Source: Spirochaetota bacterium (GTDB lineage: Bacteria > Spirochaetota > UBA4802 > UBA5550). Taken from it: 64,000 nt of DNA. Under the pieces are notes generated by a model. That model saw only the letters and a program-made list of their open reading frames with translations. It did no database searches and had not been told where the DNA came from. Where the stretch lies: positions 2,048,001 through 2,112,000 of the forward strand of contig OY760686.1 in assembly GCA_963663865.1 (NCBI GenBank). The letters are read 5' to 3'. A program made the translations under genes and the position numbers. Below, piece after piece: positions 38,968 through 48,297 of this stretch; positions within the stretch are counted from its first letter, which is position 1; every line of letters begins with the position of its first letter.

Positions 38968-39282
38968 TCAGTACGAATCGGTACCGATGCAAATGCAATG
39001 ATAGACTATATTTCTCGGAGGTTCGCACGAACCATACTCATATTCAAAGCCCTCTCCTGACCACTTTCCTTTTTTTACGAGGGTTTTCAGCTCCCTGTCA
39101 ACACCTTCGCATTTACATGAACTTGCCCTGTATAGCTCCTTCCTCGTGACTATAGTCCGGGCGCTTAACTCAGCCATAGTCATCCCTGATTCACAGACAT
39201 AGACTCCAACTGTCTGATATCCGCTATAAAGAGCATTGGCCGCAATCAGCACAGCCGCGAGAACCAAAACCAATCTTTTCAT
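38968..39282 (-). CDS. Small secreted six-cysteine protein
   Basis: GGAGGT RBS, signal peptide, Cys pattern C..CKC..C..CIC. Confidence 0.7.
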   Translation of the reverse strand: MKRLVLVLAAVLIAANALYSGYQTVGVYVCESGMTMAELSARTIVTRKELYRASSCKCEGVDRELKTLVKKGKWSGEGFEYEYGSCEPPRNIVYHCICIGTDSY

Positions 39283-39340
39283 TCAGGTACCTCCATGTTT
39301 AGATAATCAAACCGGACCCGTTACAGATAGATTTTAAAAA

Positions 39341-39715
39341 AAAGGGGACCATAAGCCGAATTCTGTCTTTGCGACCATCTATCTTGCGGCAATGTTACCA
39401 TTACCGTCCTTGCAGCCTACCCTCAGCCTCGGACGAGCAGCCCTCAAGCAGCTGACTACTTGGCTTTGCACCGGGCGGGGTTTACACTGCCGCAGCCATT
39501 ACTGGCTGCGCGGTGAGCTCTTACCTCGCCATTTCACCCTTACCCAGCCCGCTCAGGGAATTAACCCTTCTGCGGTCAGGGCGGTATATTTTCTGTTGCA
39601 CTTTCCATCGCCTCACGACGCCCGGGTGTTACCCGGCACCCTGCTCTTCGGTGTTCGGACTTTCCTCACTCTCTTTCCATAAAGAAAAGATTTGCGCGGC
39701 CGCTCGGTCCCCTTT
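39341..39715 (-). ncRNA. rnpB: RNase P RNA, bacterial type A
   Basis: Minus strand GAGGAAAGTCCG, GGAAAGTGCAACAGAAA...ACCGCC, GGTAAGGGTGAAA...GGTAAGAG, GACAGAATTCGGCTTA; GGGGACC/GGTCCCC P1 helix. Confidence 0.97.
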
Positions 39716-39801
39716 TTTATTTGCGTTATAAGCTCTGATGCTATAACCCTTAAATCAAGTTAAATGCAAACTATGAATTAGTCAACCTATAAAAGAAGCA
39801 G

Positions 39802-40281
39802 CTACATAGTTGTTTTTACCGGCCATTTTGTAGCCCTTCCATCAGGATAAATAATTATTACGGCTTTCTTCTGGTTTTTCGCATATCTTATCGCCATCCA
39901 TGTCTCAGAGTTTTTCTGCTCTCTTTCCTCCCGGGGGACTGCTATAAGAACCCTGGCAGATTCAATCATTCTTCTGTTTTTCTCGAAAACGCTGGGATAG
40001 CTCTTCTCAGCATATCGAAACCTCTTGATTGAAAGGTCATATACTTCACTCACTTTAACACTGACACCCTTTTCCTCATCAGAGTAGTACACTGTAAGCC
40101 CCTGCGCTAAACTGTTCTCAAGTATAGTCGGGAGAACAGTCCTGTCAGAGGCGGAAGAAGCCCCTATATGCAGCGATATGTTTTCGTAAACATGAATGTA
40201 CTTCTTCAATACAGTAAGCAGTTTATCATTCTGCTGACGGGTTATCAAAGTATTATTCCCTATAAAAGCCAGATCTACCAT
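39802..40281 (-). CDS. SLOG/DprA-like Rossmann-fold small protein (degenerate)
   Basis: EKNRRMIESARVLIAVP...SETWMAIRYAK...K.V.II resembles the SLOG RN..m...SGTw.t.r.A signature. Confidence 0.55.
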   Translation of the reverse strand: MVDLAFIGNNTLITRQQNDKLLTVLKKYIHVYENISLHIGASSASDRTVLPTILENSLAQGLTVYYSDEEKGVSVKVSEVYDLSIKRFRYAEKSYPSVFEKNRRMIESARVLIAVPREEREQKNSETWMAIRYAKNQKKAVIIIYPDGRATKWPVKTTM

Positions 40282-40347
40282 ACAGTCCTGTCATTCTCCT
40301 TAACTCCTGCCGCTATTTATTAAACAGGATAATATTGTTTGTCTTTA

Positions 40348-40734
40348 TCATTGGAGCTTGTTTTGATGTTTCTCAAGATAATCTGAAGCCTCATCTCTCG
40401 TCTGGAAAACAGGTATCGAATCTGAAAAATATGAATTGATTTTCCTCGCTACCTGATTTTTAGCTACAAGAACCAGTTCTCCCGTTAACCCTGCTTTTCG
40501 CATTCTGCCAGCAAGCACCATCAACCCGCCTGCAGCAGAGACATCAGCATCTTCAAGCATCTCAGCCAGAAGCACAATATGCACAATTCCTTCCCGTCCC
40601 AGACCTGCATTGTAACTGAGCAGATCCATCACATTGGTCATATTTACTGACCTTACCTGAAGTTTTATGTAGAGAGTATTATTGTCCACTTCATGTGTAA
40701 CCAACGGGAAATCTGCCATTAGCTTGACCGCCAA
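40348..40734 (-). CDS. STAS-like (anti-anti-sigma fold) small protein
   Basis: Size and pattern LEDADVSAAGGLM...LVLV...VFQTRDEA. Confidence 0.5.
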   Translation of the reverse strand: MAVKLMADFPLVTHEVDNNTLYIKLQVRSVNMTNVMDLLSYNAGLGREGIVHIVLLAEMLEDADVSAAGGLMVLAGRMRKAGLTGELVLVAKNQVARKINSYFSDSIPVFQTRDEASDYLEKHQNKLQ

Positions 40735-40833
40735 TTATATTCCTTTACAATAACTCAAAATAATATAATCAGAATGTCTTTGTCAAGTGTGAGTATAGAT
40801 TATCTTCATATTTTTGTGATATTCTTTAAATAC

Positions 40834-42138
40834 CTAATACTGGCTTATCATTGAGTCAATTCCCTTCAGCAGCCAGTATGTATCCATCACTCCGGTTGTC
40901 TCCCTTATTGAATGCATTGAAAGTGACGGTATTCCTATGTCTATTCCCCTAATTCCGAGCGCAGAAGATATTATCGGCCCGACAGTACTGCCGCATGGAA
41001 TATCATTTCTTGCAGAAAAATACTGAACTGGCACGCCTGCCCTGGAACAGGCGCTCTGAAACATTAAACGGGTCACGTCGGAGGATATGTACTTGATCCT
41101 TGAATTATATTTGATTACAGGCCCCCCGTTTAACACAGGAGAATGCCCTGTATCATGAACATCGGGAAAGGCCGGGTGAACTGCATGAGCACTGTCAATT
41201 GAGATAAGCAGGGCATCGCGAATCGAAGAAGCATAGTTTTCATAATCATCAAAGATTCTTCTAATTATTGAATACGGGAAATCGCCATCTGCTCCTTTCA
41301 GACTGACACTGCCGACCTCCTCATGGTCTGTAAAAAGCGACATAACCGGCAATGCCGGATCAGCCCCTGCAAGAGACATGGCGGCGACGTAGCAGCCCGC
41401 AAGATTGTCAATACGAGGCCCATTAATCAGAGAGCTGTTTATCCCCGTAATCAGAGCAGGTTCCGTGTCATATAAATAAAGGTCGTTTGAAAGACCTGTA
41501 CAGGCATCCGGGCTGATATCAAAAGGAGACATGAGAAAGTTATACAGCTCGCGTTCGCCCCATTCTGGAGAGGAAACGGCATCGAATACGAGCGGGTTAA
41601 TATCCTTCTGAAGATTTATTTCTTTTTTTGCTACCGAATCGCGTTCAAGGTGAACAGCAAGGCCGGGTATCACAGCTACAGGACTCTCTGAGTCAACGAG
41701 TATGCTGCCGATAGTATAATCAGCATCAGAATAAGTTATTCGGCCGGCAATACCCAGACTCCTGTCAATCCAGGTTGAAAGAACAGGCGATCCGTACACC
41801 TCGACCGACAGCATACCATATTTCATTTTTTCCACAACAAAACACGGCCGAAGTTTAAGCGAAGGGCTGTCTGTGTGAGCAGCAATTATCTTTAATCCCT
41901 TACCGTTATAATTTTCAGGAAGATTGAATGCCGCAATCGCCGACCCGTCTCTGACGCAGTAATACCTTCCAGAGAGAGGCTTATCCCATTCAGCGGTTTC
42001 GTCAAGTTTCTGAAATCCCGCACGGATCAGTATATCCTCAATGTTTGCCGCAGCATGATATGGCGTTGGAGAGGAATTCAAAAAGTTTATAAGTCCTCTG
42101 TTGAAGTCTTTGAGTGAAACATCTTCGGAATCAATCAT
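40834..42138 (-). CDS. M18 family aminopeptidase (ApeB-like)
   Basis: SPTPYHA, AHTDSP, EVYG, RIDNL, DHEEVGS, AHAVHP, PCGSTVGP, SMHSIRE. Confidence 0.93.
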   Translation of the reverse strand: MIDSEDVSLKDFNRGLINFLNSSPTPYHAAANIEDILIRAGFQKLDETAEWDKPLSGRYYCVRDGSAIAAFNLPENYNGKGLKIIAAHTDSPSLKLRPCFVVEKMKYGMLSVEVYGSPVLSTWIDRSLGIAGRITYSDADYTIGSILVDSESPVAVIPGLAVHLERDSVAKKEINLQKDINPLVFDAVSSPEWGERELYNFLMSPFDISPDACTGLSNDLYLYDTEPALITGINSSLINGPRIDNLAGCYVAAMSLAGADPALPVMSLFTDHEEVGSVSLKGADGDFPYSIIRRIFDDYENYASSIRDALLISIDSAHAVHPAFPDVHDTGHSPVLNGGPVIKYNSRIKYISSDVTRLMFQSACSRAGVPVQYFSARNDIPCGSTVGPIISSALGIRGIDIGIPSLSMHSIRETTGVMDTYWLLKGIDSMISQY

Positions 42139-42194
42139 ATTACCCCTTTATGGCTGTATCAGGCCAGTCTAAAGCTTTTTCTTCAGCGATATAC

Positions 42195-43577
42195 TTAATC
42201 GAGGATCCTGGGTGTTCTTGGATAAGGAATCACATCACGTATATTCTGCATCCCGGTGACGTACTGAATCATCCTCTCGAACCCAAGCCCGAATCCCGCG
42301 TGCGGAACTGAGCCGTATTTTCGCAAATCAAGATAGCGTCGGTAGTTCTCAGGATTCAATCGGGCTTTTATCATTTTTTCCTTTAGAGCTGAGATATCGT
42401 TTTCCCTTTCGCTTCCGCCTATTATTTCACCAAGCCTGGGTACAAGAACGTCCATTGCCCGCACAGTCTTGCCGTCAGCATTATCCTTCATATAAAATGC
42501 CTTTATCTCGGCCGGATAATCTGTCAGGATTACCGGACTTTGACATATTTTCTCCGTTAAAAACTTTTCATGCTCGCTCTGAAGGTCGCATCCCCAGCTG
42601 ACAGGAAACTCAAAGGCTTCACCTGAAGCTCTGAGCCTATCTACTGCTTCGGTATAGCTCATTTTCACAAAATCGCTGCCCGCCACCCTATCAAGAGATT
42701 TGATCAAACCCGGAGAAATCCTCGAATCAAAAAACTCCATCTCGTCCGGGCATTCCGCAAGCGTTCTCCGTAAAAGCACCCTGATGAAATCCTCTGCCAG
42801 CTCCATATTGTCTGAAATGTCGGAAAATGCCATTTCCGGTTCAATCATCCAAAACTCTGAAAGGTGTCTGGCGGTATTTGAGTTCTCGGCCCTGAAGGTT
42901 GGACCGAATGTGTATATCCTCCGCAGCGCAAGGGCAAGCGCTTCACCTTCAAGCTGACCGCTTACCGTGAGCGACGCCTTTGCCCCGAAGAAATCCTGGC
43001 TGTAATCGGGAAGCCCTTCCGCCCGCGGCACTTCATGCAGAGGAAGTGTTGTTACCTGAAACATCTCTCCCGCTCCCTCACAATCGCTGCCGGTAATAAT
43101 TGGCGTATGCACAAGAAAAAAACCGCGCTCAGAAAAGTACTGATGAACCGCCATACTGAGGAAACTTCTCAGCCTGAAAATTGCTCCAAATGTGTTTGTT
43201 CTTCCTCTTAGGTGCGGAACAGTCCTTAAAAAATCAAATGAATGTCTCTTTTTCTGAAGTACATAATCCGAATCGGCCTTTCCTATCACTCTAAGCTTTT
43301 CAGACTGAAGTTCTGAAGACTGTCCCTGCCCTGGAGAAACGACGAGTCTGCCTGTAATCTCTACAGAAGCCCCGGTTCCAAGCTCATGCCTTAATGAGCT
43401 GAACATTTCAGAATTTGATGAGAAAACCGCCTGAATGCTTTTCGAAGTTGAACCGTCGCCTATCTCAAGAAACACGACATTTTTTGACTCCCTCAGAGTC
43501 CTTATCCATCCGGTCAGAACCACTTCTTTTCCGTCCGGTTCTATCTCAATAATCTCTTTTACTGAAAGGTATTTCAT
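42195..43577 (-). CDS. asnS: Asparagine--tRNA ligase
   Basis: DCEGAGEMF, LTVSGQLE, FGPTFRAENSNT.RHL.EFWM, EIIGGSERE, PHAGFGLGFER. Confidence 0.97.
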   Translation of the reverse strand: MKYLSVKEIIEIEPDGKEVVLTGWIRTLRESKNVVFLEIGDGSTSKSIQAVFSSNSEMFSSLRHELGTGASVEITGRLVVSPGQGQSSELQSEKLRVIGKADSDYVLQKKRHSFDFLRTVPHLRGRTNTFGAIFRLRSFLSMAVHQYFSERGFFLVHTPIITGSDCEGAGEMFQVTTLPLHEVPRAEGLPDYSQDFFGAKASLTVSGQLEGEALALALRRIYTFGPTFRAENSNTARHLSEFWMIEPEMAFSDISDNMELAEDFIRVLLRRTLAECPDEMEFFDSRISPGLIKSLDRVAGSDFVKMSYTEAVDRLRASGEAFEFPVSWGCDLQSEHEKFLTEKICQSPVILTDYPAEIKAFYMKDNADGKTVRAMDVLVPRLGEIIGGSERENDISALKEKMIKARLNPENYRRYLDLRKYGSVPHAGFGLGFERMIQYVTGMQNIRDVIPYPRTPRILD

Positions 43578-43806
43578 TTTAATTCAATCCCGATACCAAA
43601 TTATTCCGCTTCGCTCTGCCTTTAATGAAGAAATTGAGAACATATTGAAGATTATATAGCAACATCAAAATAACCAATACATCACTGTATCAAGCAAATA
43701 TTCCAAAAACTTTGTACTTTGATCAAATTTTAAACTTTTTTAGAAATTATTTTTCCATATACTTACTCATAGAAGTTAACTTATTCCACTTCAAAACGAA
43801 AAGTGG

Positions 43807-43835
43807 TTGAATATTCAATACAGTCATATTAAAAT
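43807..43835 (+). promoter_or_regulatory. Putative sigma70 promoter TTGAAT-N17-TAAAAT with a palindrome over the -35
   Basis: TTGAATATTCAA perfect palindrome at 43807-43818. Confidence 0.45.
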
Positions 43836-43861
43836 GCAGTGAATGTTATATATTTGGAGGC

Positions 43862-44047
43862 TTGTTTTTGAATCTAACGGTCGTTTTCAGAAAGCTTGTC
43901 CTCTTTGTTCAAACATTTATCCTGCTGGTAGTTTTTCTGGCAGCATCTTTTTTTATGCTTTATTGCGCAAAAACATTTCTCGGAATAGACTTGTTAAGAA
44001 ATGTGCACATTGAGGATTTTATCGAAGACGTAAACCATCAGCCATAA
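43862..44047 (+). CDS. Small single-pass membrane protein
   Basis: GGAGG just upstream, long hydrophobic stretch; leads the operon. Confidence 0.45.
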   Translation: MFLNLTVVFRKLVLFVQTFILLVVFLAASFFMLYCAKTFLGIDLLRNVHIEDFIEDVNHQP

Positions 44048-44065
44048 AGTCAAAACGGAGGTTAC

Positions 44066-45331
44066 ATGAAGAGACTTTTTATTATATCTGCTGCCGCAGC
44101 CCTTTCCTCGCTTCTATTTGCCGGAAATATTTCCGCTTCAGAAAAACGGACTGTTGCTGTAATGAACTTTGCTAATTACGGCAGCAACGATTTAAAACAG
44201 CTTTCAGGTTCACTGCCAGATACAGTTTCGTCGGCTATGTCTTTAACAAACAAAGTCACCGTTGTAGAGAGAAGACAATTAGGCAAGGTAGTGGACGAGA
44301 TTGCCCTCGGGCAAACAGGGCTTATCAATACTGGTAAAGTAGCCCAGGCGGGAAGACTCTCTCAGGCGGATATACTGGTTGTGGGTTCAGTTTCAGGTTC
44401 GAACCGGGAAGTAATAGTGACGATTAAAGCCGTCGAGGTTGAGACGGGAAAAATCCTGGATGCCCGTTCTTTTAAAGGCCCATTTTCATCAATAAGTGAA
44501 TTAGCATCCATGTCGGCAGGCGTTATGGCCTCGGTTGTTTCAGGTGCTGCAATTGGAACCCTGTCCGTTTCTTCTAAGCCCGCCGGCGCGGCGGTTTACG
44601 CGGACGGGGCAGAGATAGGCCGCACGCCGATTGTAGAACACAGTCTTACAGAGGGCAAACACCGTATTAAAGTTGTCAAACAGGGTTTTATCGATTACGA
44701 GACCACACTGAGTATAACACCCGGAAAAGATAAACAGATTAATCCGTACCTTATTGACGAAAATGCAGCTGACAGGTTCGAGTTTGATGCATCAGTCTAT
44801 TATTTTGTTCCTTTTAATTCTGATTTCGAACAATCAATACTCTATTCGATTTTCTGGGGATATACCTTCGATGTTTTTCTGATTGGTTTTGAGGGCGGAG
44901 CATCAATTTTTCCCCATGATCAGGAGGTCGAGAACTTTCCTTTTGACGACAATCTCATGGCCCGCGATTATATGCTTATTTCTCTAATGGGTCATCTCAG
45001 CATGCCTGTGATTCCACGCTCCTGGGCTATCTCACGTTATATTCAACCCTTTGCAGGCATAATGATGGGATACAACATGCTTCAGGACCGTTCAGACAAT
45101 TATGACAATACCTCAAGCCACCTCTTTGCCTATGGTATCAAAGCTGGTGTAAACCTCTTTCCTTATTCAGCCTTTTCACTTTTTGCTGAATGCAGAATTA
45201 CGTCGGTTTACCCGCGTTTAAAGCGAACTGTTTATGAAGGACAGGGTTTCACGGGCGGCTTGATAACCAGGGAAGAGAAAGTAGCATTTACCGCTCTAAG
45301 CCTTGGCGGCGGAATAAGGATTTATTTTTGA
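44066..45331 (+). CDS. Exported CsgG/FlgO-like + PEGA + outer-membrane beta-barrel protein
   Basis: Signal peptide; VAVMNF, VVERRQL..V.DE, VETGKI; S.PAGA.VY.DG...GRTP...G.H PEGA; C-terminal alternating strands ending RIYF. Confidence 0.75.
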   Translation: MKRLFIISAAAALSSLLFAGNISASEKRTVAVMNFANYGSNDLKQLSGSLPDTVSSAMSLTNKVTVVERRQLGKVVDEIALGQTGLINTGKVAQAGRLSQADILVVGSVSGSNREVIVTIKAVEVETGKILDARSFKGPFSSISELASMSAGVMASVVSGAAIGTLSVSSKPAGAAVYADGAEIGRTPIVEHSLTEGKHRIKVVKQGFIDYETTLSITPGKDKQINPYLIDENAADRFEFDASVYYFVPFNSDFEQSILYSIFWGYTFDVFLIGFEGGASIFPHDQEVENFPFDDNLMARDYMLISLMGHLSMPVIPRSWAISRYIQPFAGIMMGYNMLQDRSDNYDNTSSHLFAYGIKAGVNLFPYSAFSLFAECRITSVYPRLKRTVYEGQGFTGGLITREEKVAFTALSLGGGIRIYF

Positions 45332-45342
45332 GGGATACCATA

Positions 45343-45822
45343 ATGAAAATAATTAATATTTATCTTTTAACCATACTTGTTTTTTCAGGAGGTTGCCTTG
45401 CTGAATCAACAGATGACGAAACACCCGTTCCGGTAACGCCGGTTTTTCCGGATACAACGCGCATTGAGCTTCAGCTGCCTGCCCATCAGTCCACTGTCAC
45501 AACCGCAACAGAATTCATGTGGGATGAGAGCGAGGATTTGAGTATAGTTTTTGCTGTTTTCAGTTCACAGCCTGTTGTTGATGCGAATACCTTAAAAATC
45601 AGCAACAATGAAAGCATCGTAGCTGGAACTCACACTGGAAGGGAAGGTCTTTCACGAGGCAGCCTGGTTCTATCTGAAACTTACGTCTACAATCCTGACA
45701 CTGATAGATTTACTGAAGAGAAATTCCTGCCGCCTGCTGGCACGTACTACTGGTGCCTCTGGGGATTTAAGGGCGCAGTATTAAAATATTCCAGCCCAGT
45801 ATGGCAGTTTACTATAGAATAA
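45343..45822 (+). CDS. Hypothetical lipoprotein
   Basis: Signal ending SGGC; Ig-like C-terminus GTYYW...S.VW.F. Confidence 0.7.
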   Translation: MKIINIYLLTILVFSGGCLAESTDDETPVPVTPVFPDTTRIELQLPAHQSTVTTATEFMWDESEDLSIVFAVFSSQPVVDANTLKISNNESIVAGTHTGREGLSRGSLVLSETYVYNPDTDRFTEEKFLPPAGTYYWCLWGFKGAVLKYSSPVWQFTIE

Positions 45823-45835
45823 CGGAGTTTGTTAT

Positions 45836-46831
45836 ATGAAGACTAAATTACCCTCAATTTGTTTTGTTGGATGCGGCTCTATCGCGGCAAGTCACGCAAA
45901 AACACTTAAGTCGCTCTACCCTGATATTGAGCTTTCATTCGCAAGCCGCGATGGTGCCAAAGCAGAGGAATATAGATCACTCTTCAAGGGAGTTAAATCC
46001 TTCAACAAGTATGAAAAAGTTTTTAAGGATCCTGACTGTGATATTGTCTTTATCACCACACCTCATGCTTATCACAGCAAAATAGCTGTTGAAGCCGCAG
46101 ACTCAAAGAAAGATATCATAATCGAAAAGCCCGTAACCCGATCTTTAACCGAGCTTGACGAAATTCTTAAATCTGTCAAAAAAAACCGTGTAAGATGTTC
46201 CGTTGCCGAAAACTATATGTTCAAACCTATTATTCCCAAAATCCGCAAAGCTGTAAACGACGGACTTATCGGTGAAGTTCTCTATATCGAAATCAACAGG
46301 ACACACCTCAACCCGGTAAGCGGCTGGAGAGCAGACAAAAAAATGATGGGCGGAGGAGCTCTTCTGGAAGGCGGTGTTCACTGGATTAATTTTCTCGCTT
46401 CCCTTGCCGATTCAAAACCCCTTGATGTAATTGCCGTTAAACCAGATGTCAAATATGACAGCAAAGTCCCCTTCGAAGACACGCTTATGATTAATGTTAA
46501 CTTTTCAGGCGGTTGCGCCGGAAAACTGCTCTATTCATGGAAAATACCCAATCCTCTCAAAGGTCTTTCACACTCAAAAATATACGGAACAGAGGGAGTA
46601 ATCACCTTTGAAACAAATGGACTGTACGCGTCAGTTTACGGGAAAAAAAGGCGCTTTCATATTACAAATTTTTCAGATTTCCTCGGCTTCAGAGGCATGC
46701 ATAGAAGTTTTATTGAAAACTACATGAACGGAGAGCCCTGGATACCGTCAATGGATAGAATAAAAACAGAGCTCTCCCTGGTTGAAAAGGCTTACGCTTC
46801 GATAAAAAGCAAAAAGTTTGAGAATATCTAA
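45836..46831 (+). CDS. Gfo/Idh/MocA family oxidoreductase
   Basis: VGCGSIA, TPHAYH, IEKP, WR...GGGAL...GVH. Confidence 0.92.
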   Translation: MKTKLPSICFVGCGSIAASHAKTLKSLYPDIELSFASRDGAKAEEYRSLFKGVKSFNKYEKVFKDPDCDIVFITTPHAYHSKIAVEAADSKKDIIIEKPVTRSLTELDEILKSVKKNRVRCSVAENYMFKPIIPKIRKAVNDGLIGEVLYIEINRTHLNPVSGWRADKKMMGGGALLEGGVHWINFLASLADSKPLDVIAVKPDVKYDSKVPFEDTLMINVNFSGGCAGKLLYSWKIPNPLKGLSHSKIYGTEGVITFETNGLYASVYGKKRRFHITNFSDFLGFRGMHRSFIENYMNGEPWIPSMDRIKTELSLVEKAYASIKSKKFENI

Positions 46832-46851
46832 AACAGTATTATAGTCATAAA

Positions 46852-46901
46852 AAACATAATATCTTCTGTCTCATAGTTATGAATCAGGAGATATTATGTT
46901 T
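46852..46901. terminator. Long hairpin between convergent genes
   Basis: AAACATAATATCTTCTG...CAGGAGATATTATGTTT inverted repeat with inner TCATA/TATGA. Confidence 0.65.
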
Positions 46902-46938
46902 CGACCCGAGAAGAAAAAATTTCTCTTTCAAATGATTC

Positions 46939-48294
46939 TTAAAATAATCCTTTAAAATACCTGTAAATTTTACCGCACTGTGATTCATTTACTCCTTCGC
47001 ATATTATCCTGAAAATAGGCTCTGTATTTGAGGGACGAAGATGAATCCACCCGCCTTGAAAATCAGGGTTGCGGTTAAAATCTACACGAAGACCGTCCAG
47101 TTCTGATACTGTCTCACCCGGGAATGTAGCTTTTATTTTTCTGTATATATCTTCGACTGAAAGGGATGAATCGACTTTGACCTTGCCTTTTTTCATTACA
47201 TATGAAGGTAAACTCGCCGCAAGTTCAGAAACAGTTTGCCTGCGCAACGCAAGAAGACTTAAAATGTATGCTATACCAACAAGGCTGTCTCTTCCATAGT
47301 GAACTTCGGGAGAGATTACGCCGCCATTCCCCTCACCGCCAATAACAGATTTTTTTTTCTTCATCAACTCAACTACATTTATTTCGCCGACCATGGATCT
47401 GCTGAATGAAGCGTTATGACTTTTCGCAACATCTTCAACAGCCCTGGTTGTTGAAAGATTAACCGCTACATGTCCATTTGTTTTCCCAAGTAAATACTCA
47501 ACCGCGAAGACTACAGTGGTTTCCTCTCCAAGAGGATTTCCATTTTCATCAACTACTGCAAGACGGTCAGCATCAGGATCTTGAGCAAAACCTATATGAG
47601 CTTTATGTTTTTTTACTGCTTCCGAAAGCTCCTGAAGATTTTCAGCAAGAGGTTCGGCTCCCCTCGGGAACAGTCCGTCAGGTACACAGTTAACTGGTAT
47701 CACCTGACAACCGAGTTTTTTCAGCAACTCCTGCGTTATTATTGAACCAGCACCATTTACTGAATCAATAACTACCTTGAATTTGTTCTTCTTTACAGCT
47801 CTAACATCAATCTTATCGAGAACCTTCTGAATATGAATTGAACCGACTGAAAAATCCTGTTTAACAGATCCGACTTTGTCCCACTTTGAAGAGGATACAG
47901 GCCTTTCCATCATCGAAAAGAATTTTGCAATTTTTGATGAATTTAAAAATGAACCATCAGAAGAAATCAGCTTAAAGGCATTCCATTCAACTGGATTGTG
48001 TGAAGCCGATATTACGATTCCGCCCGCAGCTCCAAGTTCTTCTACCATGAGCTGAACAGTCGGAGTCGGAACTATGCCAATATCAATAACCTCGCATCCA
48101 TTTAAAGCTAAAACAGAAGCAGCCTGATTTAAAATCAACTCACCTGTTGGCCTGGAATCCCTGCCAATCACAACCCGGCCCCTTTTCACATAATTGGCAA
48201 AAGCCCCTGCAACACTGGTGATAAGCTCTGGCGTCATCGTTTCTCCAACAACACCTCTAATCCCTGATACGCTTTTCATTAGAACTGATGACAT
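46939..48294 (-). CDS. glmM: Phosphoglucosamine mutase / phosphohexomutase
   Basis: SGIRG, GRDSR, ISASHNP (phospho-Ser), DPDADR, GGEGNGG, RPSNTEP. Confidence 0.8.
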   Translation of the reverse strand: MSSVLMKSVSGIRGVVGETMTPELITSVAGAFANYVKRGRVVIGRDSRPTGELILNQAASVLALNGCEVIDIGIVPTPTVQLMVEELGAAGGIVISASHNPVEWNAFKLISSDGSFLNSSKIAKFFSMMERPVSSSKWDKVGSVKQDFSVGSIHIQKVLDKIDVRAVKKNKFKVVIDSVNGAGSIITQELLKKLGCQVIPVNCVPDGLFPRGAEPLAENLQELSEAVKKHKAHIGFAQDPDADRLAVVDENGNPLGEETTVVFAVEYLLGKTNGHVAVNLSTTRAVEDVAKSHNASFSRSMVGEINVVELMKKKKSVIGGEGNGGVISPEVHYGRDSLVGIAYILSLLALRRQTVSELAASLPSYVMKKGKVKVDSSLSVEDIYRKIKATFPGETVSELDGLRVDFNRNPDFQGGWIHLRPSNTEPIFRIICEGVNESQCGKIYRYFKGLF

Positions 48295-48297
48295 TTT

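Noticed and set aside
39392-39731. Plus-strand ORFs 39392-39682 and 39513-39731
   Set aside because: They are antisense shadows of the RNase P RNA gene.
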